Of a DNA stretch of 64,000 nt, positions 10,707 to 24,707 are shown piece by piece. Both the position numbers and the translations under genes were made by a program. The stretch comes from Auanema rhodensis (taxonomy: Eukaryota > Animalia > Nematoda), in NCBI GenBank assembly GCA_964057225.1, contig OZ059900.1:13640001-13704000 (forward strand). The letters run 5' to 3'. The notes below the pieces were generated by a model. The model saw only the letters and a program-made list of their open reading frames with translations, was not told where the DNA came from and did no database searches. Positions within the stretch are counted from its first letter, which is position 1; each line of letters begins with the position of its first letter.

Positions 10707-13700
10707 ATGGCTGACGCAATAGCTAGTAAAATTTTACGGGATATTGAAGAATGTTCTTTGTGTTACGATAGTAAAAGGTAAGCATTCACTTGAAATAAGA
10801 TGTAATGCTGAGAACTTTTTTAGAAAATTTCCACATAAATTGAGCATATCAATGCTATCAATTCGTAGTTCTGTCTCATCTCTTATTTCACAAAACAAGC
10901 TCAAGGCTAGTGAACGTTTTATTAATGAAATAAATAAAACAACAAGTTTAGGAAAAGCAAATACTTCTTGTGGTAGAAAAAAGTTTGCAATTTTTTTTCA
11001 CACTTATTGATAATCAGGATCATAGCTCTCGTGCGCATTCAGAAGAATGTTTAGACATGATTTTTCAGGCAATTATTTTAAAAATAGAACTAAATGGCTG
11101 AAAATTCTTTTTTTAATGATTAATTATCATTTCAGTCATTACTTCAATCATTCAACATAAAATTAGCATTGTCATGTTGTATACAACATATGAAAGAAGG
11201 AAAAAAAGCACCTCGAGCAGCAGCAACAGCATTGTCCAGATTTGCTATTTTCTTCCCATATGTTAATAGAGATGAATTAGAGTACGTGACCGATTCAACA
11301 TCATGAAATAAAAAGAAAATTTAGCAACGTAGTTAACGATGTATTTCCAATTTTTTCGAAATTGGTTACAACGGCCGATGATATAATACAGCAAGCTATT
11401 ATACAAAACTGCAATACTATTTTTGATGTCATAAGAGAAACAATGTGGAATAAAAATTTGATTCAAGTAAATATGAGCTTATTTCAAATTTTATTTTTTT
11501 GTTTTTCAGCACTCCGAAGATCTTTTAAATTCAGCATTATTAAATATAACAAAAAAAGGATCGTTCACCCGTGCTTCAACTCTTTTAATTGAACGATTGT
11601 GCATTTTGTACAAACATATATTTGACAAAGTTATTGATTTACGAATGTATCGTATTAATAGTCAGCATTTCAGTGTTTAATTATTTGCTATGAAAGCTTA
11701 ATGAACTACAGCTCAATACCAAACGATGTACTGATCGGACGCTTGCACATATTTAAAGCTTTATGGGGTATATTGATTGAAGAGAACACTGTTTTACCAG
11801 AAACTGATCACTTTGGAACTTTAAGTATTGTTGATTTTGTTGCTCAGGTACATTTCTTTGTTTTCACTTAGTTTCGAAAAAGAATTATTTTAGATAGTAT
11901 TATGTATTCTGAACATATTACGTGAAAATCAGGCTGAAGTTATAGTTCTTGGATTAGAAATTTTGGAAAAAGTTTCGCAATGGAAGAAAATGTTTTTAAT
12001 TTATGTTATAACAATTATAAACACTAAGTTTTCAGATCCATCTATTTATTCAAAGGAAATGAAAATCATCCATGTTTCCGAAACTGTCGAGGTTCAATAA
12101 TTAAGATGTAGAGAATTAAAATCTTTTTAGGTATAATAAAAAACGATTCAGCTCAGGAATCACAAGAAGATCATAGTAAATACGAAGTTTGTCAAAGTTT
12201 CAGAAACGGATTGAAAATGTTTTTTTTTTAAAGAAAAATGAGCGTTGTGATACCATAATTGATCCATTAATATTTCCTGATGAGTACGATGAACTGAATG
12301 ACAGCATAGAGAGAAAAAATCAAGAACATTCGATTCACAAGCTTCCTCAAGACATAGACTCTATTGACAAAATATGTTATTTGGGTAAATAGCTACGTTA
12401 TGAATTTCATACATAAACTTGTTGCAGAAGATGAGTCAGAAATTTTATTAGTTCAATATGTTGCGGCGGTTTTGTCCAAACAGTTTTTACTCCGAGGTCT
12501 ACATGGATTTGCGAAGGATACAGACGTTTGTTTAAATATCAGCTTTTCTATGTTTTAGCTCTTCAACACATTTAAGGTTCGAGTATCGCATAAAATTTTG
12601 GCAATGAAGTGCTTAACAGCGATAGCAAATGTGTCCGATTTAGGCCGTTTATCTGTGCTTTTTGGTATGCTGATTGAAATGCACTATCTCTGTAATTATT
12701 CTTTAGATGGCTTCAAGCAAAATTTAGGCGAATTACGATCTTTCTTGCAACATATTGATGATCAAATGTTTTCTGCGACATTTGTGTTTCTCATAACGCT
12801 TGATATACGCCATCCCGGAAAATTTGGTGATAAAGACATGAATATATAGAAAACCGATTTATTACAGTAGATTCTACTTATATTTCACAAGCTTTGAACA
12901 ATACATCTGCTATAAGAGAGAAAGAAGCAATAAAAGCTTTGATACTCTTGCATAATAATTTGGAGGATGCGGATTGTTTTCAAAACATTATTCAATATTC
13001 ATTAGAAAAAACTTACAATGGATCTTTGCAACTTGCTGTATTGAAGTAATGAAAGATATATTCGTACATCGAAAATTTCAGATAACTTGCATGGATTTCT
13101 TAACTCAACTCAATTGGAAAAATATTTCTCGTTTTTCTTCATCAATTGATACTGTGCAAAAGTCAATAATGAACCAATGCTTTGGTTTGCTATTTGGAAA
13201 TAATTCATTGGTTCTCAGTAACGCTGATAGATGGCTCGAATCGTTAGTTCTTCTTTTTTTATGAGAGTAATACAATTCTTTTCTTTTAAGGTTGGTCAAT
13301 AATTTTGATTTTTCGTTTGTAACACACCCTGATGATACATTGGATATCAATGAATTTTCATTTCCATCAAAAAATAATTCGATCGTAATATTATATTTAT
13401 AAATTTATATGTAACTATTAGATTATAGGTTTGTAATTTGTCTTCAAATTTTGATGAAGAAAAGAGAGCATCATCTAGTCAAGTCATAGAGAAAAACTTA
13501 GAAGTAGTTGTGTCAGCCTGTTTTAGTGCTTATTCATCTTCTCTCGATCAGGTGATAAAATAACAAAAGTTTTAAAATCAATGCTTACTTTAGGAATCGT
13601 TTGCTTTTGTTCTCGAAGTTCTTTGTCGTAAATATAGTCCCAGTTTATATACTTCCGGCTGGAATATTAATAAATTTAACTATGACATTGATAATGATTA

Positions 13701-16700
13701 CCTTTCTATTGTTTTGGAACTAACTGAAAAGTATGCAAAAACATCATCCGCTCTTTCAAGTTTGGTATCAGTGCTCTCATCTCTCTGTGCAGGTAACTCA
13801 ACCATTGAATACTTGTATCAATTCATTTTAAGCTGAGTTTCTGCATAAAACAACAAACTTACAACATGGATCATCCAGTTTTTTGCAGCCACAATGGTTT
13901 ATGAGATTCTTCAAAATATTAATACAGTAAGTTTTCAATGTAACACCTTTCCTCAGCATTAGACATTCTTTAATCTTTTTTTTTTAGAATTATGAAATTA
14001 TATTACAATCTGATAACTAGAACTGAGTCACAAGAAAATTCGCAAAACGTTACAAACTCTAAATTTTCTCCACTAGCTACAAGAAAAATTATATCAAGTT
14101 TAACAGAAAAATCTCGATCGAAACTTGATAATGATTTTGTTGATGCGGATGATTTTGAAGGATGCACTCTATCAGCAAACTTGTTCGATGGACTGAAAGG
14201 TGCCATGCACAACTACGAGGTTCATAATTTCAAAAAACTGTTAATTGAAAAATGTATTGAATAACAGATATCAGTTAGCCCGGAGAGAAAAACAAAATTT
14301 GTCAATTTACTTGTTCAAACAATAGAAGCAACGAATGTTATACTTGAGATGATAGAATATTCTGAGCTTGATTGCTATTTGGATGAAGTTTTACAGTATT
14401 TAAAGGTTTTGTTTCAGCTTATATCAGAATTTTAGTTCAAGTTTATAATTTTCAGGTATTTTTGAAAATGGTACCAGAAGAAACTATTTCCTGTTTACAT
14501 CAAATTTTTAAAGTTGTTTTTAAAAAGAATATGGCAAATATTTATCAAGGGGAGCTTTCTATGGAAATCCGTATTTTCGGTCCGAATTCAATTATTTCAA
14601 ATAATTTAATTTTTGATCCTAGGCAAACACTTATTTGAAAATTATTCCTGGTTTGACGATCATGCTGAATTGAGCACAATTCTCAAACGGTGAGTTTTTA
14701 TATGTTCTACAGAACTAAGCTATTGCTTCTTTTGACAGAATGTTGGGCTGGTTATTATTTCACGATGGGGTGAAGAAAGAGCAGAATATTCCTAGAAAAC
14801 AAGTGGTTAAAGTTTTAAGCAAATTAGAATATTTTGTTACAAAGTTGCGATTTATAAACCAATCATATTTTTCAATACCTTTCAAAAAATCGGTATATTT
14901 ATTTTTCAAATAATAACTTAAAGGACTTTTAAGGTTTTGAAATTATTCACTGAATTGACTAGAGTTGGTCTAATATATCAGGATATAGATCCAAAGTTAA
15001 CATTTCTTCAAAGTGTGACCAAACAATGTCGGAAAAAAAAGCCTTCCTTTTGGGAAGTTTCCCGAGAAGTAGTTTTTTTAAAAATTATATTCTTTAAATC
15101 TTCATATATCATCCAGATGATTCAATATTTGATTGTTATGTCACACGTGCCTCAGGCGTCGTTTAAATCGGAAGATCTGGAAAATTTGGGTCTCTACCTT
15201 CTACAGGAAGCAAGTTCGACTAATATTCATTATGGTGAACTTTTTTTTGTTAATTATAATACTTTCCTGTTTCAGCACTTCGTAATGCTAAAGAAATAGT
15301 ATTATATGCAACAATTGTCTTGAAACGAAATTGTAAACAAATATTCGCAGAGCTAATAGAGAGAGGCCTGGAATTTTGCAAATATTCAAAACAAAGTTTA
15401 TTTGAGATGTTCATAATATTTTTACATGAAACCACAGTGTCAGCAATTTTTACTTAATTCATTATTATTCAGAAAATTTTTTAGAGAAGAAAGTTTTGTT
15501 GAAAAGATAATAGAATTTTATGTTAATGATCAGGCCACCTACTGCGATTTTAATGCGGTTTTCACTGCTGCTAGATTATACCGATTAAAGCATTTTCAAT
15601 CCGAGATAATGCGTAAGAAATTTATTACAGCTTTATATCATCTTGAAGACACAAAGGTTCGTATTTACTATAAGCGTTGTTTTATGAAAGGAATCTAGAA
15701 ATTAGGATCATTTGATATTACTCATGCCTTACATATCACATTTATTTTCCTTTTAAACACTTTTGAAAATTTAGACAATCAAATTCTTGAATCTCTTGCG
15801 AGGTAAACAGAAATAGCACTTTGTTGATAAGTAATATTTTCTTACAGAACTTCAATCACCATTCTTGAACGAAGTGTCGAAGTTTTCGATATGAAGCCGA
15901 ACAAATCAATGAAAGAAGTTCAATTTTTTTTGCAATTCTTAATTTTGCGTATCAAAAACGATGGTTTGATGTTTTAAACCTTAATAATTTCTAAAAATTA
16001 TGTTTCAGAGAATTTTAATCAAATGCTATCACATATGCGTAGTATATTCAATAGCACCACGATGATCCAAAAAGCCATAAAATGCAAAAATTCTGCATTT
16101 TATTCACAAATTCTCGAGTTCATACAGCTAATGGATGAACAAAAATCTATTGACAGGTTGATACCCAATAATTCAAAAACGTTTGAAATTCAATAATTTC
16201 ATAGCCATGTTTATGTTTTTCCAGATGGATGTGGGAATATTTACAAATTGACGATATCGAGAAAAAATTTGCAAGCCTTCAACCAGGGAACGAAAAGTTT
16301 AACAAACTGTTAGGTTTATTTAATAGTTCTCTTAATTCCAGAAAAACTGTTCAATTAACATCTGAATTGTTTTATCATACTGTTTTCGACAAGAGAAAAT
16401 GCTCAACAACATCAATGTCTCATGCTTTCTTCTCATTAGATTTTGATCTTAGGTTAAATATTCTGAAAAGCATGGTAAGAATTATCTTCGTTTGCACTAG
16501 TCTATCTCGTTATATTCCAGACCAACGATTGTAGTGCTACAATATTTCATACTATCTGCACGCTGATATATGATCGGATGATGAGAAATGAAGGTATACA
16601 TCAGTTAATCATGCTCAATCTAATGAAGTATTTCTCAGAGAATCAAACTATTCTATCAAAAATTCAAGGAAGCGCCCAAAAGTTTATTGATGAAGCTTCA

Positions 16701-19700
16701 TCATATTGTGATTTATCATTTGAAGAAAAAGATACAGAAAGGATTCTTCATCATATAAAGTTTGCTTCATCAGTGAATAGTCTGGTATAACTCTTATTGT
16801 CTGAAAAAGCATAGCTTTACTCATTAAGATTGAAAAAAAGTATGTAGCTTCCAATAAGAAGTACTCAATAAGTGAGATCAAAACTTTACTACAAACAATT
16901 GCTTCTATCCTGGAAGTTGGTTCATTTCGTGAGCGATATCAAAGAACATAGTTTCAGAATAAGAATATTGATGAAATTGATATCATTTCAAACTTTTTCA
17001 ACTTTTTTTGGAAAGATAACAGCTACATACAACTTGATTCTCAGAACTCCTTGGGCAATATTCAAGAACTTTTAGACATTTCACTGCAAATTGATAAGTA
17101 TCTAGATGACGTGAATTGAAAATTGCCTGACATGATGAAATATTTTATTTTAAGATTACTTCCTGCTGTACATTAACATTATCTAAATCTGTTGAAGTCA
17201 AGTGTCAGCTATTTCAAAGTCATGAGGAATATAGTAATAGTTTGCCAGGTATTGACTCCTTCTCACTTTTTTGAAAGAATTCGAATTATTTAGAACTGTG
17301 CCGTGAATTATTCTTGATCACTCAGGCAATTGAGTACAAGAGTCATTTGGCGATGTTTTCTCAGAAGCTGGAACATCGCAATATGGCAAAACTTGTAAAA
17401 AGTTGTAAAATGTTACAAATTTGTTTTTCATAAGATGTATTTACAGATTTCCACCAACATCCACTTCTTCATAAGTTTGCAATTGCTTCTCGTCAAGCTA
17501 TATTGTAAAATTATATTTGTTCACAAAGGTTGATATGATTCTCTTTACAGAAATGATTGGATTGTTCAAATACAGTTACGGCCACCTAATTGTGTTAAGG
17601 TGCCTCTTGTCAGCATTCACCAACTTGTATGCCAACAAACACTAGAAGATTTCATACTACGTATTAATCGACTAGGATGGATAACAAGACAACAGTTCGA
17701 AGAGTATTGGATTTCATTCTTTGGTATTCTTTCTCTCACCCCTACTGGATCAGAAGTTAATGACAATAACGTAAGTTGTGTACTAGTTGCCAATTAAAGC
17801 ATTCTATAAAACAGATTGATCAAATAAAAATTAGTTGTGAAGCGATAGAAATGCTCACAGAAATGCTGTTAACTGTTTGCTCGGCCAAAAACATTTTAAA
17901 GGTGAAACCACATACAGATGTCAATCCAGAATCAGAAAAGTTCAAGTAGTTTATGATAAACATGTTTCAATTTCATATTGACATTTTCCAGACAATGGTA
18001 CAACGAGGCAGTTTCCTCATTGGACAAAAAAGAAAACAGCATATTTGATAATAACATGAACTTATTCCAGAAAAAGGTTTGTTATTATTGTTTATCTTGG
18101 CGTTGATTATCTAATTTTAGAAATTTATTGATACAAATTCGGACTCATTGGATATATCTTCTAGTTTACGAGCATTGTTCGAAAATTTTTCACATTGGTT
18201 CGGCAAAGGTTATGATAATCTTCCTTCATACCTCTTACAACAAACCATCTTTTCTGTATATTTTGAATTACTTTGTTCATTCTTTAGTTATACATTACTA
18301 CAGATTGGACAGTTGATTGAGATTTATGAAGATTTGCAGTTTTCCCTTTTTTCTCATGTTCATATGCGCAATATTGAACAAACAGGTGTTGATCTTTAAA
18401 TTATTCGAATTATTCAATTTTTTAGGTTTCTTCACGCCATACATGGGATACGCTCAGTTTGCGATTCTTCATAGTATTCATTCACAAAATGAAGAAATGC
18501 TCGAAAAAGATACAAAAACTGAGATCAGCGCTCAAGTCATTACATGGGTGTGTCAATAAACCAAATTCCGTTTTGTTTATTTGTTTCAAAAATTGCTTTA
18601 TAAAGCTTAACTAGTGATGACTTCTTAAGATACGCAAGGGATTATCATCTGAGTGGTCATCAATTCGTGTACAAACATTAAATGGAATAATCAGTCTCCT
18701 ACTGTTGGGATTTCGAGAAGATTTCAAACCCGTTTATTCATTCATCTGTCTAACGCTGGAGAAATCACTGAGCTCTCGGCTCAATGATATTCTTCAAGAT
18801 TGTCAACTTTATGGGTTTGATATGATACTAAATTATATTATTAATTGATCAATTCTATGATTCAGGGAAGAAGATATATTCGAAGACGGCAGTCCTGATG
18901 TTGAACTAATGTGGTCGACGCTATTGCACCTATTAGAAAAGGGAAATCTGATTGATGAGAGGAAATCAAGTGCATTCCTAATAGTAACCTAAGCATAAAA
19001 GCTAGACTCAATAATAGTCATTTCAGATTTCAAAAACCATAAAATCAAACAAACCATATCCGCTTTGGCTATATAGAACACTTGTCAATTCCATCCTTGC
19101 TCACTTAAATCGCTGTACCGTCTACTGGTCATTTTTTTCTGATTTGATTTTAGGTTTTATTATAAATACATATTCTTCTTTTATTTCGATAATTTAGAAT
19201 GTTTTCAACATTATGGTAAACTATATTGGATTCTGAAGCACGTACTGAGGATATTTTCTTTTCAACTGTTAAATGGTATATATTCAATTTGCTTTAAAAA
19301 TTACAGAAGAATTTTTAGATAAAAATACGAAGAATAAAACGTTTTATACAAAAATAACGGATGAATTAGTTTCCATGTTGGTTCTATGTTAAACCACTAT
19401 TTTTATTTTTTTATGCATTTAGATATAAGAAATGTGAACCAGAGGATGCCATAATCATTTCTTCTGTTTTACCGTTTATATTACTTCAACAAAGTAATAT
19501 AGATTCAGCTTTAGCTTTATTATTAGATTTATTATCCAATAATAATATTGAATTGAATCTTTTAACAGTTGAGATGATTTGGAAGGTTTGTTCAGTTAGT
19601 TTCCAAAAAAATGGTAATCGTATCACAGATATGTGATCAAACTGATGAACCTATTACAAACATGTTGGAGCAATACAAAGCAAAAGCCGCAATTTTGAAG

Positions 19701-19885
19701 ACATGGACTGGTGATAGTAATATGGCAGCTCGAATATTACTACCATTTTCTCCGAAATATAGAAACAGGTAGAGAAAATAAAAAATTTAAATATAAAACA
19801 AACTATTTATTTAAGACTTGGTTTTTTATCAAACGATGACATATTAACAGAAGACGATTTTCAATGTATAGAAGAAAATATATAA
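10707..19885 (+). CDS. htt: Huntingtin orthologue (many short introns)
   Basis: Exon peptides match HTT landmarks in order: VRIHSEECLDMIF, KAPRAAATALSRFA, DTDVRVSHKILAMKCL, FILRINRLGWITRQQFEEYWISFFGILS (human [24 protein letters not shown]), MDISSSLRALFENFSHW. Start is MADAIASKILRDIEE at 10707 and stop TAA at 19883-19885. No polyQ. Confidence 0.9.
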
Positions 19886-20699
19886 TAGCCATTTCATATC
19901 TCTTCACTGACAGGTCACTTTGTTTGTTGCAATATTTTTATTTTTTTCAAACAAACGTATCTGTGTATAATACTATTATCTGCATATAGAACAGTATTTA
20001 TTATGTTTTTTCTGTATTTCAATATCTTTGCTTTAAAAAAAAACAGAATATTAAGATTGTTCGTATTTTCCAACAGAAAATAAGTAGTTTATGATTATAT
20101 AGGACTTAATCTGAAGCAAAGCTCGACAAAAATTTTTTTATCAAATTTTAATGAATTAGCAAAACAGTTGAGAAGAAAAAAATGTTTCTGTTTTCTTAAC
20201 AATGAGTTATTCATGTTTTTTCATAGTATTACAAGAAAGTATCAAGAAGTGAATTAGTTGTGAGGCTAAGCAGATATTTGAGAAATAGTATTGCAGCTAT
20301 TCGATTTATTTATCCAATACAACTGACCACAGCTTACAAGGAATATGGGAAAAAAATGAGATGAAGACATGAAAATTAACATTTTGGTAATTTGAAAAAA
20401 CCCAACACTATAAAAAGAAGTGAACAACATTTTTTCAAAGTTAGTTCTGTTAATTTGTTTTCTGTTATTACTTTGCTTATTTGTGAGTGAAACAATCTTA
20501 CGTTTTCGGAGTGATTTCTATGCTCAGACTGTAGGGTTCATACCAGTAAGTCTGATGTGTAAAAAAATTAAAAATACAAGAAGAAAAAAAAGCTCGAGCA
20601 GAATAACAAAAAAACCATAAAACAAAACAAATTCAATAAAAAAAACATATTTTGTTCAATTTGAAAAAAAATCGGATTCAAGAAAAATTATGATTGTTA

Positions 20700-21720
20700 A
20701 TACAACTTTGAAAATTAGAAACTATTTTAATGTTAAAGAAAATTGGATAAAGTTGGTTCCATTTTTTGATTTGACGATGCTCAAAACTGGACAGTGCAGC
20801 GTTGGAATAGTATCTTGGAGCTACTAGTAGAAAGTCGCGCTGACCAAAAGAGTTTTGATGATATTTCAGTCTAAACAATGATTTCCCAAGAATTGAGTTA
20901 CTCTTGCTATTTTAAAAAATTGACAAAATATGTTGTCTTGCGTCTAGTTAAAAAGTTTTAAGTTACTAGTATTTAGAATCTAAAGTTTATTTTGATAGCC
21001 ATGATTTTTTTGTCCAGTCGTCTACGTTCGAAGAGGGCGTTAACGAACTTGAACATTCTCAATGAACTGTATGTCTTTTTTAAGATGGGAGACCAAACTT
21101 CGAATGCATACTTATATTGGTCTTACATATCTGCGAAAAAGGGAAAAAAATTAATTCTGGACAAAAACTGTTGAAACTTTTTAAACTTAATTTACAACGA
21201 TTGGTGGCTGTTGATGAAATTAACTGAAGATCAGACGTAAACAAATAATTTCTTCTATAACAATGCCTAAGTTTTTGAATTCATCGACAAACTCTAGTAC
21301 AAAGTTATTAATATTAAATTGAACGTGAGTATAGCATTTTCCGAAAATCGTACTTGGATTTTTTGACATTGAGTAACATATCATTGCTATCACACCAAAA
21401 TGAAAAGTATCTAGTGAGCACTGGTGGTCAGAAGCATTAGTCAAAAATAATTTGATACCATAGGTATAAGCAATTACCTTAGTGTCGCCTTTGGTACTTT
21501 CTAGTAAGTCGTTTACATATAACATAGAAAAGAATGGACCGAGAACTGTTTCCTGGGGAACAACGCATTCTCTTTCTTGGCTCAGATAAGAAATTATCCT
21601 ATAAAACAGAATATGTTCTATCAGATAGAAAATGTTTAAAAGATTTTATTAGAGAGCTGAAAATCAAAAAAGCATAGTTTCCATAACAGTGGGTAGTATT
21701 GGACAATTTGGAGTAAAAAT
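20700..21720 (-). mobile_element. Decayed non-LTR retrotransposon (CR1/Jockey-like RT 3' end)
   Basis: VPQETVLGPFFSMLYVNDL (GVPQGSVLGP.LF.LY.NDL), AYTYGIKLF (decayed YADD.KL), KNLGIV, YAFEVWSP and C-terminal KKWNQL; multiple stops and frameshifts. Confidence 0.85.
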
Positions 21721-22534
21721 TGATAAATATAGTGTATTTTTTGAAATTGTGTAAAAAGGGAACAAGAAAGTATGAGATATTTTATTACTACAAGTTTTGA
21801 AGTAAGAAGCGTATTACTTAATTTCTATCCACTTGCTTAGTTTTATTTTAATTTTGTTCTAAAAATAATATGTTTGCGCTCTCAACGATCTCAAATATAA
21901 AGTCCATGTACTTCAATAATATAATAACATTGGCTCAGTAAAATGTGAATTATTTACATTTAAGGTAATCTAGATTTACAATTGTAGTAGCATGTTACAA
22001 AAGTAGCTTGTTCACAAAGAAAATCAACTGAGAATGCTAAAGAAATGCTTCTTTTCTAAAAGGAACAGCAGGAACCTTTTCATGAACAAGATTTTCAGTG
22101 AATTTGAAAATAGTTGCCGAGTAATATTTATTGCTACAATTAAACAGAAGAAATATACAATACGAATGTATAAAAAAAGCCATTGAATGGAAAACTACTA
22201 CAGGATTACACTGAAAACAGTTTAAGAAGATAGGAATGAGTAGTAGCCTTTATGAGAGTATACTTATACCATAGTTATTGGAGGAAAATTCATCCAATTT
22301 CTAGGACAATAAACGATAATATAAGAATAACAATTGAAATTATTAAAAAACAATACAAAGGATAAAAGTAAATGAGAGTAAAAATTAGTTTTCATGAATC
22401 ATTCACATGAACAAACAATCATAACAAGAAATGATGCTAGAGTGGTGAGATTTTGTTTTTCTACAGAAGGTACATAATTTCTGCATATGTGAAATAGTTG
22501 CAACAATTAACTGTGAATAAAGAAATACGAAGAA

Positions 22535-22546
22535 AGAGAGAGAGAA

Positions 22547-22579
<33 letters not shown>

Positions 22580-22640
22580 CAGACGGGAAGAGAGAAAGAA
22601 GAGAGAGAGAGAGAGAGAGGGCGTGAAGAAAGAGAGCAGC
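22535..22640. repeat. GA/CT-rich simple repeat just 3' of the chromodomain gene
   Basis: Imperfect (GA)n tract. Confidence 0.9.
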
Positions 22641-22677
22641 GGGAAAGTACTGCGAAAAAATGAGATTGTTTCAGCTT

Positions 22678-23548
22678 TCAAAGATTGAAAGAAATGTGAT
22701 GCAAGAGGAATTGAGTCAATCCCCAACCATCCAACTCAAACGCATCTGAAGGATCATACTCATATTGCTTTTACAAAAACAGATAAACAAACCATGAACA
22801 GAAACAAGCACATCTTTTCCGGCTCTTTGAACTATAACTTTGAGCTCTCCATCATCACGAGTGAGACCAACTATGGTATCACGACCGTTCTTAGCTGAAA
22901 CGGGCTCAAATGTACCATCATGATCACGATTTAGTGTTGCATTAAGAACCTTAAAAATTTCAAAATCTCTTAGCTTAATAGGAGCCTAAGCTCACCACAC
23001 TTCCGCTATTTCCATTTTCAGGAGCATCAGTATCCAGGTCCTGAAGATATTTTAATCCATTCAATTATATTGAATTATACTCACTATAATATTAGCCTTT
23101 TTCATATATCTGGTAACCAGAAGAGGAGCATTTTCCAAATTTTTTTTGGGCTCCCATGAATCATATTTCTCGGTGTATCCTGTCCAGCGCACCTATAGTA
23201 CTATGAAAGATCAGTATACTGACCACTTTTTACCTTGAACATAACACCACCACCATAATTTATTTTGTGACCAACAATTTTGTCTATTTCAAATTCTCTA
23301 TGTGGATCTAAAAACGTTCTTATATATTCCGCAAGAAATTTTCTAATACAAATCAATTCGAAAATTGACCCTTCAACTCATTTTTTTTTTCAAATAACTT
23401 ACCACGTTTAACAGGTTTCATTGGTTTAACATTCTTCTTCTTAATAACTTTATTCTAAAAAAGCATCATTACATAAAGAATGTTTAGATCGGTTTCTTAC
23501 CTCCTTCTTTGCAGGTCTTCCGCGGGTTTTTCCAGCTACTTTAACCAT
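22678..23548 (-). CDS. HP1-like protein: AT-hook + chromodomain + chromo-shadow-like C-terminus
   Basis: Seven exons: MVKVAGKTRGRPAKK; REFEIDKIVGHK...FKVRWTGYTEKYDSWEPKKNLENA (F/W/Y aromatic cage present); IVGLTRDDGELKVIVQ...VHDAFELDGWGLTQFLLHHISFNL*. Confidence 0.85.
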
Positions 23549-24707
23549 TTTTGTTCTGGAAAGATATAAGATGAAAAATTTAAATATAGAAAAAAAACAA
23601 AATTATGCAAAATACATTTGTAATTAGTTTGAAGAATACAATTTGGTAACCAACGATTGACCCGCTTTTTCAATGGCGTCTTTTGCAAATATGTACTACG
23701 CTTTATTGCGTATATATCGACAAATTTGAAAAAATGCACACAATTGTTTTTTGATCAAAAGACTAAAAAATAATATGAAGAAAAGAACGGTTCAATAATC
23801 TAGAAGCAAAGATTTGATACACAGCTTTGAAATATTTGGTTGGTAGTTATATCTAATTCAGATATTAATAGTTAAATTCACTCATGAATTCTTCTGAATT
23901 AATTTTTTTTTGTTGTTTTAAGTTTATCTAGTGAGCTTAAGGTTAAAAAATGGAATAAATTCGCAAAAAAAAATAAAACTAGACTTATATGCACGGCTTG
24001 TATTATATAGATAATCGATTTTGCAGGTCAGAGCATGAGCGTCCGCATAAATTTTAGGCGCCTACCATAATGAGAATATTGGTCCTGAGACGCTCGGAGC
24101 GAAATATGAGGTATCACCTTATATTAAAAAGAACATCAAGATTGAATAGTAAACGAAAAAGAGATTTAAAAAAATATATTGAAATATAACAGTGTAAACT
24201 ACTAAACTAAACTGAAATATTTTTAAAAATGAAAAAATTATTTACTATTCTATAAGAATAATAATAATAGAACAAAGAGTATGTGATCAAAGAAAAGAAA
24301 AATAGTGAAATAAATATTTAAGTTAATCTTTAGGAGAATTTTTTTCGTTACTCAAGATAATGCATGTTTTTGATCAAAGCGCTTTATAAAAATTGTGCTT
24401 TTGAAATATATACTATGCTTTTAATCGATTTTTTGGAAGAAATGTAAATAAGATCACACAATTTTTGAAATTGACTAATTATAGCACGTTATCTAGAACT
24501 GTTTACTTTTTAAAAATCATATGCTATGTAAATCTTTCACGACTTATAGTATAATTGAACGGCTGATTATTATTTGGATTGCGTAGCGACGGTGCAAGCA
24601 TTATTATTATAAACTGAAAGCCCACTAGATATGTTGACAGATGGTCAGAACAGATAGCAAGCATTGCTCATATTGATTTGTATTTCTTACATACGTACGT
24701 CTTAATC

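Noticed and set aside
22403-22726. Hydrophobic ORFs over CT-rich tracts (also 30064..30555, 48073..48357, 51348..51602, 62832..63104)
   Set aside because: Leu/Ser/Phe-rich translations are artefacts of simple repeats.
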